DNA from: Hyaloraphidium curvatum SAG 235-1
Lineage: Eukaryota; Fungi; Monoblepharomycota
DNA: 64,000 nt
NCBI GenBank assembly: GCA_025558095.1
Contig: JAIVFI010000028.1
Location: 124,001 to 188,000, forward strand
Direction: 5' to 3'
The position numbers and the translations under genes were made by a program. This document shows, one piece after another, positions 1-10,867 of the stretch. The notes under the pieces are model-generated. The model was not told where the DNA came from and ran no database searches. It was given only the letters and a program-made list of their open reading frames with translations. Each line of letters starts with the position of its first letter. Position 1 is the stretch's first letter.

Positions 1-1
1 G

Positions 2-958
2 GCAAAGAGCCTCGTGCGCACCATTGAACGGTACGGCGGGCGGGTCCTCGTCAAGGCCGACGTGGCCGAGATCCTGGTCGAGCCCGAAGGCTCGGGCTTC
101 CGCGCGGCGGGAGTCAAGCTGCGCGACGGCACCGAGATCCGCGCGCCCAACGTCGTTTCCTCGGTCGGCTACGCCAACACCTGGTCCAAGCTCGTCCCCG
201 AGCGCGTCACCTCCAAGCTCGGCATCCCCCGCACCCTCTCGGACCGGGTCGGCCCCTCTGCCGGCTTCGTCATGGCCAACATCGGCCTCCGCGCCTCGCG
301 CGAGGAGATGGGCCTGCAGTGCTACAACACGTGGTACCTCCCCGTCGACGGGTCGGGCGACACCTTCCCCGCCATCCGGGCCAACTTTGCCGACCCCCTC
401 GGGTGCGACGTGCCCTGCATGATCACCTTCCCGTCCATCAAGGACCGCGCGTGGGCCGAGAAGGACCGCGAGACGTGCCAGATCCTGGTCATGGTGGACG
501 GCGAGCCGCACTTTTCCAAGTGGCTGGGCAAGGACAGCGGCAAGCCCGGGGAGGACAACGAAGCCTACGAGGCGCTCAAGAAGCGCTGGGGGGACGTGCT
601 CACGGAGCGGCTGCTCTCGCTGTTCCCCAAGATGAAACGGGAGCATGTGGCCCTGGTCGACATCTCCACCCCGGCGACGATCCAGTACTACCTCCGCGAG
701 CCCGAGGGCGGCGCGGTGGGGCTGGACCAGACCCCGCGCAGGTTCACGGATCCGGCGGTGCAGGAGCTGCTCGATATGAGCACCCCCGTCAGGGGGCTGT
801 GGCAGACGGGGCAGGACACCCTGATCTGCGGGCAGCCGCTGGTGCAGCTGGCGGGGGCCATCACGGCATTCAGGATGATGGGCTTCTGGAAGGCGGCGGG
901 GCTGCTGCTTCAGACTTCGCTGTGGGAGTTGGAGGGCGACGGGGAGGAGAAGAAGTGA
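2..958 (+). CDS. FAD-dependent oxidoreductase, retinol saturase/phytoene desaturase-like (5'-truncated by window edge)
   Basis: Open frame from the window start. Motifs GGRVLVKADVAEILVE, GVKLRDG, STPATIQYYL..GGAVGL and TPVRGLWQTGQD match the C-terminal half of RetSat/CrtI-like enzymes. Confidence 0.75.
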   Translation, partial: AKSLVRTIERYGGRVLVKADVAEILVEPEGSGFRAAGVKLRDGTEIRAPNVVSSVGYANTWSKLVPERVTSKLGIPRTLSDRVGPSAGFVMANIGLRASREEMGLQCYNTWYLPVDGSGDTFPAIRANFADPLGCDVPCMITFPSIKDRAWAEKDRETCQILVMVDGEPHFSKWLGKDSGKPGEDNEAYEALKKRWGDVLTERLLSLFPKMKREHVALVDISTPATIQYYLREPEGGAVGLDQTPRRFTDPAVQELLDMSTPVRGLWQTGQDTLICGQPLVQLAGAITAFRMMGFWKAAGLLLQTSLWELEGDGEEKK

Positions 959-1268
959 AACAGCGGACCGGTTGGAGCGAGTAAGGGGGCACCACGAGTC
1001 GGGAAGGGGAGGAGGCAGGAACCATGTAGAGAATGTCGACATCGACGTGCAGTTCACACGATTGCCTTTCAAATTGTTCTCCTGAGCACAAGCTTGTAGA
1101 CATCGTAAAGCGCTTCGAGTTAGGATCTTTGAGGATAGGATTGCGGCGATGCTTGAGCGCTGTTCACGTGTGAATAGCCGCCCGCCCTCCTTCCCACCCT
1201 TTGTCCCTGAAGGACCCCGGCGGCGAACCAGGGGAGCAAAAGGCGGCCTCCCGCCAGCTGACGTCGAT

Positions 1269-2776
1269 ATGCCCGTCGTGCTCTTCGCCTGCGTCGGCTC
1301 CCGCGGCGACGTCCAGGTGCGTCGGCCCTCCGGCGCCGCGCCGCTCTTCTGACGCCCGGGGCCGCCCCGCAGCCGTACATCGCCGCGGGCCTCGCGCTCA
1401 AGACCGCGGGATGGCGGCCCGTCCTGCTCGTCCACGAGCCGTTCCAGAAGATGGTTACTTCCGCCGGGCTCGAGGTCGCGCCGTTCCCCATGCGCGGCAA
1501 TCTCGTCGAGCTGTTTGCGACAACCGAGGCAGGCCGCGCCGTAAAGCAAGCCAGCCTCTTTACGGCCATGAGCGCGCTGAAGAACTTCTACCGGCCGGTG
1601 CTCAAGCAATACTTCGAGGACACTTTGAAGGCTACAGAAGCGCTGAACGTCGACCTCCTCGTGCTCACGACGTTCCCGATGGCGGCGGGCGGCCTTGCCA
1701 TCCCGGAGATCGTCAAGAAGAAGGACGGACGGGTCGTCTACACGGTCATTGCCCACACGGTCCCGTTCTCTCCGACATCTGAACTCGCCGTGCCCCTGCT
1801 GGGCGCCGGGCAGACTTCCATGTTCGGATGGATCAACAGCTTGAACTGGAGCGTGACGGACAAGGCCAGCTACAACAACCTGTACGGACCGATGGTATCT
1901 GAGTACCTAGGAACGTACGGGGTAACCAAGCCTCCCAAGGACCTCATCTCGTACACGGCGAATCGGCTCACGGTACCGCCGACGCCCGTCTGCTTCATCT
2001 ACTCCCCCGCCCTCGTCCCCAAACCCAAGGATTGGACCAAGGACGAGATCGTCACGGGCTTCCTCTCTCTACCCCCTCCTGCCTCCTACTCTCCGCCCGC
2101 CGCGCTCGAGGAGTTTATATCTTCTTCCGACGAGCCTTTGGTCTACATCGGGCTCGGCTCCGCCCTGGGCGCCTTCTTCGACACCGACGCCGAGCGCATC
2201 GCCATGCTCGACAAGTTCGTGGAAGGCTTCAACCTCTACTCCTCCAAACCCGGTGCCAAGCCCATCCGTGCCATTCTGCAGACTACCACCTCGGAATCCG
2301 GCGGCTCGCTGGTCCCAAAGGCCGCGCCGAACCCCGCGGCGAGGTTCTACGTGCAGCGAGAGGACGTGCGCCACGACTGGCTGTTCCCCAAGTGCGCGCT
2401 GCTGGTCACGCACGGGGGCGCGGGGAGCGTGCAGACGTGCTGCCTCGCGGGCAAGCCGATCATCGTGCTGCCGACGGCCAAGGCGGACGACAAGTACTTC
2501 TGGTGCGTTACTCCCCTGGATGCTGCTCTTCTGGGCAACTGACCCACTGCAACCCCCCGCAGGGCCGATGTTCTTCGCCGCAAGGGGGTCGGGCCGGCCG
2601 GCGTTCTGGCGCCGGCGCTGACGCCCGCCAAGTTCGCCTCCCTGATCGAGGACGCGCTCTTCGGCCCCGGGGCGGCCGGCTACCGCTCCAAGGCTGCAGA
2701 GCTGGCGGCGCAGATGGCCAAGGAGGACGGGGTGGGCGAGTTTGTCAAGGTCTGCAGGCAGCTGGTACAGATCTGA
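1269..2776 (+). CDS. GT1/GT28-family glycosyltransferase (sterol glucosyltransferase-like); introns 1317-1372 and 2503-2562
   Basis: Spliced N-terminus MPVVLFACVGSRGDVQ/PYIA (GSRGD..P motif), VYIGLGS, HDWLFPKC..THGGAG..GKP UDP-sugar signature, and DKYFW/AD..EDG C-terminus. GT-AG introns restore the frame. Confidence 0.85.
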
Positions 2777-2837
2777 GCTATTGGGTGAACGTTACGTATG
2801 ATAGATGTCGTTCATGGGCTGTTCATAATAGATTGAT

Positions 2838-4439
2838 TCAGAAAGTAGGACACACTACATCACCGACGATCCGGACTCCGACTCCCCTGAGGATGGTGTA
2901 CAGGCCGACGCAAACGGTCAGCCCCGTGACGACCAGCGTTCTCGCCCCGCCGTATGTCACGGCGAAACCAAGGAAGCGCGACCTGTAGTCGTCCACCTCG
3001 GCAAAGGCAGAAAGCAGGCGGTCGTGGTCGAGAACCTTTGCGTACCATGCCGCCCGCTGTGGATCCAGCGGCGAGGGCACCCGCGCCAGGAGCTTCCTCA
3101 GATCGGTCCGCGCGGCGAGGTACAGCTTCCTCGCGTCGTCAATGCCAGCATTGGCCACCGAGAAATGGACTATGTCGGAGGAAACGTTGAAGATGCAGAG
3201 GGCAAACCAAACGACGGCATAGGCCGGGATGCAGGACCCTGCGGCGATGTTGGCGACGGCGCAGATGGTGCTGCCGCCGAGGTACAGGCCGAGGACGGCG
3301 CTGCCCGAGGTCAAGCTGGGGATGCGCGACCGCCAGACGTGCACGAGGAGCGAATGGAGGCGCACATATAGCTCGTCCGAGAAGCCCGCCGGGGGCGGCG
3401 GCGGGGATTCGGTGCCGGGATCCACGGCAGAGTGCAGCCGCGATAGAAGGGAGCGAAGCGCCGCAGCGATCGCGCGACGCGACAGGCGGGAACTGAGCGA
3501 GAGAGCGCCGACGTTGGCTGAGAGTCTGACGTTAGCCATGAAGAAGTAGGCTTCCAGGTTGAATGCGCAGTACACTGCTGCAATGGTCGCCGACCACGCC
3601 GTAGTCCACACCGAAGAGCGAAGCGTGACGAGCGGGGTGAAGGCGAGAAAGAGGAAGAAGGTGTAGTTGAGTAGGCATAGCACGACTACCCACGCCAGAC
3701 GCCAGTAGCCGGCCTGAGTGGGAAGTTTTCCGGCGCAGGAGGCGCTGGCACATGAGCACATGTCATCCGCTGGGTCGTGCTCCAGCAGAACACAGCTGCC
3801 TGTCCACGGACCTTCCGCAACTCCGTCTTCAATCGACCGCCCGGCAGAAGTTCCACGGGCCTGCCTGAGCTCCAAGTACCGCACAAAGACCGCAAAGGCG
3901 TGATTACTGACTTCCGGTTCCGCCCTCGCCGCCTTTGGCGGGCTTGCCAATCCGCCAGTTCTTCCTATCGCGTTGGAAAATCGTTCGCTGAAACCGGCGT
4001 TAAGTAGCATTGTCATCAAGGCAGCCAGCCACAGTGCGGCCACGGCCGCAGTTCCCACGGCCAGCTGAACGGTCCCGAATGCACCGGGGTCCGGAAACAG
4101 CCACATTGTCGCCCACAGCGGCACCAGCAGCGAAACATTCGCGGCGGTGAAAGAAAAGATGTGCTTCCCATAGGGTTGCGCGGCAAACTGCAGCCACGCG
4201 AGACGACGCAGGAGAGGGGACGTGTCGCCCACTGCCGCGAGCAGCTGGGACCGCGTCAGAGGCTGCTTGGCGCGCAAGGACGCGGCCGGGTCGGCCACCG
4301 CCGCGTCGGGCGCGAGCCGCGGCCCGGATTCGCGTGGAGGAGACACGAGGAGCGCGAGCCATTCCTCGGGCAGGAAGTCGGCGCCGGCTACCGGCTGGCC
4401 CGATGGAGGGTCCTTTCCGAGCGGTTCTGCGGCCACCAT
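2838..4439 (-). CDS. Seven-transmembrane protein, candidate 7TM ion channel (gustatory receptor/DUF3537-like), paralog A
   Basis: Intronless ORF (likely start MVAAEP at 4439) with 7 hydrophobic segments, a HDP..CxC...C loop and C-terminal RFLGFAVTYGGARTLVVTGLTVCVGLYTILR. Clearly paralogous to 17930-19479. Confidence 0.65.
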   Translation of the reverse strand: MVAAEPLGKDPPSGQPVAGADFLPEEWLALLVSPPRESGPRLAPDAAVADPAASLRAKQPLTRSQLLAAVGDTSPLLRRLAWLQFAAQPYGKHIFSFTAANVSLLVPLWATMWLFPDPGAFGTVQLAVGTAAVAALWLAALMTMLLNAGFSERFSNAIGRTGGLASPPKAARAEPEVSNHAFAVFVRYLELRQARGTSAGRSIEDGVAEGPWTGSCVLLEHDPADDMCSCASASCAGKLPTQAGYWRLAWVVVLCLLNYTFFLFLAFTPLVTLRSSVWTTAWSATIAAVYCAFNLEAYFFMANVRLSANVGALSLSSRLSRRAIAAALRSLLSRLHSAVDPGTESPPPPPAGFSDELYVRLHSLLVHVWRSRIPSLTSGSAVLGLYLGGSTICAVANIAAGSCIPAYAVVWFALCIFNVSSDIVHFSVANAGIDDARKLYLAARTDLRKLLARVPSPLDPQRAAWYAKVLDHDRLLSAFAEVDDYRSRFLGFAVTYGGARTLVVTGLTVCVGLYTILRGVGVRIVGDVVCPTF

Positions 4440-5318
4440 TCTCGTGGGCTTCGGGTTCTGGCAAAGCTGGTCGTAATCGCGGCGCGTTCGGGAGGAGTAC
4501 GGGTCAAGGAACGGCTCTGCCGGGTCGCGGAACGGTTGTCGGGCCGGGTGGCAAGGAGAAGCAAGGGCGAACGGATCCCCGGCGCTAGCGTCTCTCCACG
4601 TCCGCGAGCAAGCAGCAGGATGATTTTGCACTCTACAATCGACAACCCTAGTGTTAAGCCTGTCCGCCAATGGCTCCCGTGCCGTGCCGCGCTGGTGACG
4701 CCGTCGCCAGTCACGCTGGATCCGCTCCACGATCCGAATGATGGCAACGGGCTCGAGAGGCATGACGAGGCTCCTACGACAGGCCGTGCGGCAGGAATCT
4801 ACGATGAGTCAGCTCATCAGTTGGTTCTGCACGCGGATGTGGACGACGGAACCTGAGGACGACGAGGGAACACCGGGGATTGGTCGAGGGCATTCGATTG
4901 CGAGTCGTTGGCGTTCGTTCGGTCCGTCCGAGATTCGGGGCGGCAGCTGCGGCAAACCGCCGCCAACGGCGTCCCCGAATCCGGGTTGCGGTCGCTGCGG
5001 CAGTTGGGGGATCGCGAGTTAAGACGACTTTGGGCCTGCGGAGCGCATAGCTGGTCCGGAGTGCTCAATGATCTCATAGAAAATGACCCTTGGCCTCACC
5101 CTCTTGCCTTGCAATATGCTTCCATTTCTAGTGGTTTCCGACTCAGCGGCGGGGAGGCGGAGGGGCGGATTGAGGCGGAGCCTCGAGGCGTGGCTGACGG
5201 CACCCGAATCTCCGTCTGTTTATTGACAGCGCCCGAGGCTCTTCCTCATCGCCAACTCCTCCACCGACTCCGCAGCCGCCGCGCACTTCGCAACCGAACA
5301 GATCTGCCCCAGATCACG

Positions 5319-5654
5319 ATGCATGCCCTGCGCTTCGCCCTTCTGCTGCTCGCCGCCCTCGCCGCGCTCCTCGCGCTGGCCGCCGCCGCCCCCACCGGCA
5401 ACTCCGCGTCCGCCAAGGGGCTCCTCAAGACCGCGCCCGCCGGCAAGCCGACCGCGCTGCCCGCCTGGGCCAAAGGCCAGGCCAAGGGCCTCGGCACCGC
5501 CAAGGGCAAGCCGACGGCGCTGCCCACGCAGGCCAAGGGCGTGGCCAAGGGCCTGGCGAGCAAGACCGCCAAGAGCTCCAAGACGGCCAAGGGCACCAAG
5601 ACGGCGAGCGCCACCGGCACCGGATCCGTGGCGACCGGCACCGCGACCGCCTGA
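5319..5654 (+). CDS. Small secreted Lys/Ala/Thr-rich protein with internal repeat
   Basis: Signal peptide MHALRFALLLLAALAALLALAAA-AP, strong GC3 codon bias, duplicated GKPTALPxxAKGxAKGL. Confidence 0.75.
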   Translation: MHALRFALLLLAALAALLALAAAAPTGNSASAKGLLKTAPAGKPTALPAWAKGQAKGLGTAKGKPTALPTQAKGVAKGLASKTAKSSKTAKGTKTASATGTGSVATGTATA

Positions 5655-5928
5655 ACCAGATCTGCCTGAGGAGAAGAGGTGCGTCGTCCAGGCCTGTCTC
5701 TCCTTGTATTACCTTGCTAACTCACTGTCTTCCTTCCAGGACAACGTGATACGATGGGTGCCACCCGATACCTATAGCCAGGCACCTTGGCACGGCTGCG
5801 CAGCTGCTGGAACCTGGACTCGAACTCTTTTACCCCTTTGTCGATCCCATTATATCCTACTGTAGCCACATATCACCTATACTAGAGCGTTGACAGAATT
5901 GATTGAGATCTGTGGTCGTAGCCGTCCC

Positions 5929-7130
5929 TCAGCAGTCCCCCGTGACACCCAAGCACACGGCATGCTGCCGCCAGCTCTTGCAGCCGTGCCAGGTCCAGCC
6001 CGGGTCCTCCGGCCCGCTTTCGAGCGTCGCGTTGGCGCAGTCGCACCGAGGTTTGGTGCCGACGGGAAACGGGGCGTAGTCCTCGTCGCGCTTGAGGCCC
6101 AGCGTGCGGTGCATCCAAACGCCGACCTGTAATGAGACGATGGTCAAGAGCGGCCCTTTTGGGAGGCGAAACGTGGCGCTCCTACCCACCATTCCGTCCT
6201 CAATCGCGTAGGTTTTCAGCCGCTCCGCGTTCTCCTCGAACCGGGCGACCAGCTCCCGGCCGTAGAGCTGCATGAATCCCGAGAAGAACATTCCCGGATA
6301 CGCGGGCGACGGGTCGCCCTTCTTCCAGCCGACCTCGTCCAAATACACCTTGTCGTACCTCAACGGAGCAGTCAGCGACGCGGAAGCATTTCAGCGAAGG
6401 TAAACTCTCACCAGGGGTGCATGTCATAGATCATCGCCGACGCCGTCGCAGGAGACCCGCCCCAGACGCTCGCGGCCTTCCGCTTGCCCTTTTCCTCCCT
6501 CCCGCGGAACGATACTTTGGCCTCCAGTTCGGAAAAGACGGTGCGGAAGCACGGGAAGGCGTCGTCGTCCAGCTTCATCAGCAATTCGTGCTTCGGGAGC
6601 CCCAGCCTGCGCCCGGAGAGGAGCATCGCCCGCGTACGGTGCGAGAGCATGCGGTAAGTGCCAGGGACGGGCGCAACGAGGATCCTACGGTGCTCGTCGA
6701 ATGTAGGGGGGAGTGAGGGGTCGGGTCCCACGAGCGAGTCGTTGCCGAGCAAGTAGAGGTAGGAAAAGGTCAGGTTGCGCGAGGGATCCGATTCGTGGGC
6801 CCAGAGGCGCACGCCCGGCGCGGTGGTGGGGAACCGCGATAGCCGGAGGTCCGAAAGAGCGCGGGTCGCGCTGTTGTTCGAGTGGGAGAAGATGACGACG
6901 AGGATGTCCACCGGGGGTCCGAGCTCAGGCGTAGAGCTCTCAATCTTTGCCGCAAAATGGGCAGCGTGCGATGCCAGGAAAGTGCAGATGTTCGCGAGTC
7001 CGACGAGGGCGAGGCAGAGCCTGGCGATCCCGAGGACGGCGCCGAGGGGCCCGTTACGCCTGGTCTTCCGCGCGGTGGTCACTGGAAGAAGCGCGGTCCA
7101 TTCGGTTTCCTTCTTTCCGAAGGCCTTCAT
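5929..7130 (-). CDS. GT31-like galactosyltransferase, type II membrane; introns 6359-6411 and probably 6127-6189
   Basis: N-terminal TM segment, LMKLDDDAF DxD motif, YPGMFFSG, and a spliced EDGM/VGVW matching the GT31 ED..GxW motif. Confidence 0.65.
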
Positions 7131-7549
7131 CGCGCCTCAATAATGCGGAGCAAATGAGAACACGGCGCGGTTGCTCGGTTGCTCGAACCGCGTCGCGCGG
7201 GGTCCCGAAGGTCGCACCAACGGGGCGCTCGGGCCGGCGCGTCCCGAATCGCGCCACGTGCGCTGCACAACATTCGCGCCATGTCCGCGCGGTGAACGCG
7301 GCGTTGGCAGAGCCTGACGAGGGAGCGACGCAACGGCAAGCCAACGCAGGACCGCGCACGCGGACGGACCCAAATACCCAAACAAGCGACGACGGCCGGA
7401 ATTGGCCCAGCACGCACAACGCAGTCCGGCTGGTCTGGCTACGTGGTGTTTCTGCATTGTTTGGTCCTTCAGAGAGGGAGGCAATGGAAAACGCCGGCGC
7501 TGCGTGCGGTCTGCGGTGGACAAACAACGTCGCGGCGAAGACGAGCGCG

Positions 7550-9485
7550 ATGAGGCCACGCGCTGTCCTGCTCGCCCTCGGGCTGGCCGCGACTCTGCTG
7601 CTCGGGAGCGTTCTCCACGTCGATGCAGTAATCCGCAACGGATACAGTAGGTGTCTGCTTCGAATTCTGAGCGAGAAGCGGAGCTGATTAGCACCCTGCC
7701 CGACAGACTGCAACCCGACTGCGTGCAAGCTCCCGTCGTGCCTCTGCGCCTCCGATAGCCCGCCGCTGCCGGTAGCAGACACGCCGCAGTTCGTCACGAT
7801 AACCTTCGATGACGGCATCTCCGAGTTCCACAACGCCGAGGCCCGCCAGTTCCTCTACGCGAGCCGCAACCCGAACGGCTGTCCGATCGCCGCCACCCAC
7901 TTCCTCTCAAGGCAATGGACCGACTTCCACACCGTCAACGCGCTCTACGACCAGGGCCACGAGATTGCCGACCACACGGTGGACCACCTGGGCACCCCTT
8001 CGCTGGAGCAGATTACGGTCGCCCGCGACATCTACGAGCGCTGGGGTCGTGTGCCTAAGAAGGACATTGTCGGCTTCCGCGCGCCCTTCCTGGCCTACTC
8101 CCTCGACACCTTCCGCAACCTGCAGACCGCCGGTGGCTTCGTCTACGACTCGTCCATGTCGACCAACGGCCGGAACCCGCATTGGCCTTACACGATGGAC
8201 TACGGTCTGGCGGACGAGTGCTTCACGGGCGTCTGCGACAACCTGGACACGCGGTTCCCGGGCCTGTGGGAGATCCCGATGTACCAGCTCCACTATCCCG
8301 CGGACGGCTCCATCCTCGGCCTCATGGACCCGCAGTTTGCCGGCACGGAGGAGATCCTGGACATGTTCAAGTACAACTTCAGGAACCACTGGCAGACTTC
8401 GAGGGCTCCTTTCGGCATCTACCTGCACACGGCATGGTCGGTCCTGGTTGTCTGCGCTTCGCCCGTCGTGCGGCTGACATTCCGCTCGAAACAGGATCCT
8501 GAACGACCCCACGAACCGCCTCAGCATCCTCACCCGGTTCTTCGAGTGGACCCAGACCGAGTTCCCCTCCAACTCGGTGTGGTGGGTCTCGAACCAGCAG
8601 CTCCTCTCGTGGCTCCGCTCCCCCGTCCCCATCTCGACCCTCGCCTCTTCGCCTCCTTCCTACCTGTCCTGCGGTGCCGCCGAGGTCGGCCCTGGGATGA
8701 GGCTCAGGACCATGCAGATGGACCGCGACTACTCCCCGTGCCCGAAGGACCGCCTACAGACCTGCATGTTCCCTGACTACAGCTGGAAGTACTGCCTTGC
8801 CCCCGGGGAGAAGGGCTGCCCCTCCTCGCAGCCCTCGGTTGTGGACCCCATCCCGGCGGGCGTCACCACCGGCGGCAACTCGAGCAGTCCCAGCTCGGGG
8901 GGGTGCGCGATGCCCGGCGACGGATGCGCGTTCGGAAGGTGGCAGCAGGCTTCGTGCGCTTGCGCCTGCGCGGGCAGCGAGAACGCCACGGCGGATGCCA
9001 GTGGGCGGCAGGGGTACTGCTTGGACGAGGGGGGGAGGTGCACCCTGGAGAAGGTCGTGGATCCCAGGAACAACCGGTTCCTGAGCTGCGCCGAGAGTGC
9101 AAAGGCCAGGGGCGACGAGCACTACTTCGACGGGGCCAAGACAACGGCGGCATCGAGCACCACGGCCACGACCGCTTCAAGCACCGCCGCCGCACCCACG
9201 TCGACGGGTTTGCCCCCGCCCACATCCGCCCCGGCTTCCTCTTCCTCGGTGCCCGTAGCGGCAATCGTGGCTCCGATCGTCATCCTGGTGGCCCTCGGCG
9301 GCGCAGGCGTCGCCTTCTTCCTCTTGCGCCGCTCGCGGAGGTCCAAGGTGGCCAAGGTCGGCGTGGAGCCTCCGGCCAGCGGCGACACCGAAAAGGCCGT
9401 GGTGATGCGGACGACCGACATTGAGCGCACCGCGAGCGGGCTGTCGCCGGCGGACATGGTGCGGCGGAGCAGCTCGGCTCTTTGA
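7550..9485 (+). CDS. Membrane-anchored CE4 polysaccharide (chitin) deacetylase; introns 7647-7706 and 8437-8494
   Basis: Signal peptide, CxLPxCxC, PQFVTITFDD, NPNGCP, HEIADHTVDH, GFRAPFL, YDSS, WPYTMD, GLWEIPM, RAPFGIYLH, then a Cys-rich region, Ser/Thr stalk, TM helix and basic tail. Confidence 0.88.
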
Positions 9486-10693
9486 CCGTTCGCGATCTTC
9501 TTTCCATAGTAAAGCAACGAGAATAGACAAAAGAAAGCAACATAATGCAGCTCTTTATCGTCGGAGGTGACCACTGGAGCGACATTCCCGGCTCGAACTG
9601 CTTCCACCCATTCCGGGGCACACCTCCAAACGCCCCTTTTCTCCCACGCTCTCTTCGCGCTGGCACATTCTTGGGTGGCTTCCTCATCCACCCGAGCCAG
9701 CTGTTCTGGGGTCTTTCGCTGGTCAAGCGTCCCGGAACCCCGCTGCGTCTTCTCTTCGTTCTCCTGCAAGCTCCTGCTCTTGTAGTGATTCATCCAGATC
9801 CTGGTCGTCGATCGATTGTGCTCGCGGTATCCTGGCGACTCGAATCTGGTTCCGTGCTCGTCCTCGGACAGCCATCCGGGCTTCAAGACCGTCGAGTGGA
9901 CCCCAAACGATCTCGCACCACGTGGCCGCACCGCAGTTTTGAAGTGCGTCCCCGGGCTCGGCGCACAGCGATCAAAGGCCTCAATGGTACCTTCCCGCGG
10001 GCGATCCCTAATGCGGCGAGGGTTTCCAAAGTTGCGGCGGAACATGCAGAGCTGGCCCGTTCCCGGATTCTCGTACCGCCTCAGGCTGTCCGCGAGCGAC
10101 ACCGAGCCCTCGCCGATCCCATCGAACTCGACGAACTCGTCGGTATCAAGAACAACAATCCATTCGTGTCGCAAGCCGAAAGAGCCCATGCAGATGTCGT
10201 AAGCCATTGCCTGGTTGTGGGCATAGCGCGCGGCGAGCTCCCCGGTCCACGAATAGGGGAGATAGTCAACAATTCCGGATTCCATGTAGCTCCTCAAAAG
10301 CTTCTCCGTCAATGCGCGGCTGGCTGGATCGAAATCGTGGTCCGCGTCGTTGCCCCGGTAGTCGAAAATGTACATCTTGTCCAAACGAGCCAAATGATGG
10401 TGCCAGGCGACCCACTCGAGAAGATCTCTCGATTGGTTCCGCGTCGCGAGACACAGAGCGACCCGTTCCGTGACCGGGCCATGTGGTTGGAAATCGGGGC
10501 GGGGGAAAGCGCCGGGCGGCGAACGGGGAAAGTACCCGTCATGTTCGCGTCCGTGCTCGCGCGACAGCCCCGGTCCGACGCACAGCGTGTAGGTGACCGC
10601 TAGCGCCATGAGCAACGTAGCAAAGACGGTAGGGATTCGAGCTCCGGCCTCCAGCATCTGGCACCCGGGCCATTTGTTTGGATCCCGGGTCAA
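9122..10693 (-). CDS. GT92/GT2-like glycosyltransferase (true 3' end uncertain; ORF runs into the neighbouring gene)
   Basis: TM anchor, VALCLATRNQSRDLLEWVAWH, MYIFD, QAMAYDIC, WIVVLDTDEF (DxD), NHYKSRS..E..EK. Confidence 0.7.
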   Translation of the reverse strand: MTRDPNKWPGCQMLEAGARIPTVFATLLMALAVTYTLCVGPGLSREHGREHDGYFPRSPPGAFPRPDFQPHGPVTERVALCLATRNQSRDLLEWVAWHHHLARLDKMYIFDYRGNDADHDFDPASRALTEKLLRSYMESGIVDYLPYSWTGELAARYAHNQAMAYDICMGSFGLRHEWIVVLDTDEFVEFDGIGEGSVSLADSLRRYENPGTGQLCMFRRNFGNPRRIRDRPREGTIEAFDRCAPSPGTHFKTAVRPRGARSFGVHSTVLKPGWLSEDEHGTRFESPGYREHNRSTTRIWMNHYKSRSLQENEEKTQRGSGTLDQRKTPEQLARVDEEATQECASAKRAWEKRGVWRCAPEWVEAVRAGNVAPVVTSDDKELHYVAFFCLFSLLYYGKKIANGQRAELLRRTMSAGDSPLAVRSMSVVRITTAFSVSPLAGGSTPTLATLDLRERRKRKKATPAPPRATRMTIGATIAATGTEEEEAGADVGGGKPVDVGAAAVLEAVVAVVLDAAVVLAPSK

Positions 10694-10730
10694 CCTGCTT
10701 TGCCACCTGGCCGGCCCCAGCCCATCGCCG

Positions 10731-10802
10731 CGGGCGGGGAATGTAATCCAACACGGAAAATGGACTCGGGCGGGGAATGAAATCCAACACGGAAAATGGA
10801 CT
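10731..10802. repeat. 36-bp direct tandem repeat, 2 copies
   Basis: cgggcggggaatg(t/a)aatccaacacggaaaatggact at 10731-10766 and 10767-10802, one mismatch. Confidence 0.9.
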
Positions 10803-10867
10803 CATCCGTCAGAAATGCTTGACAAATGGCCATTGTATTGCTACCGATGTCGGGAACCGACAGCAGT

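Noticed and set aside
10731-10802. CRISPR-like repeat
   Set aside because: Two adjacent copies with no spacer, no cas genes, eukaryotic context.
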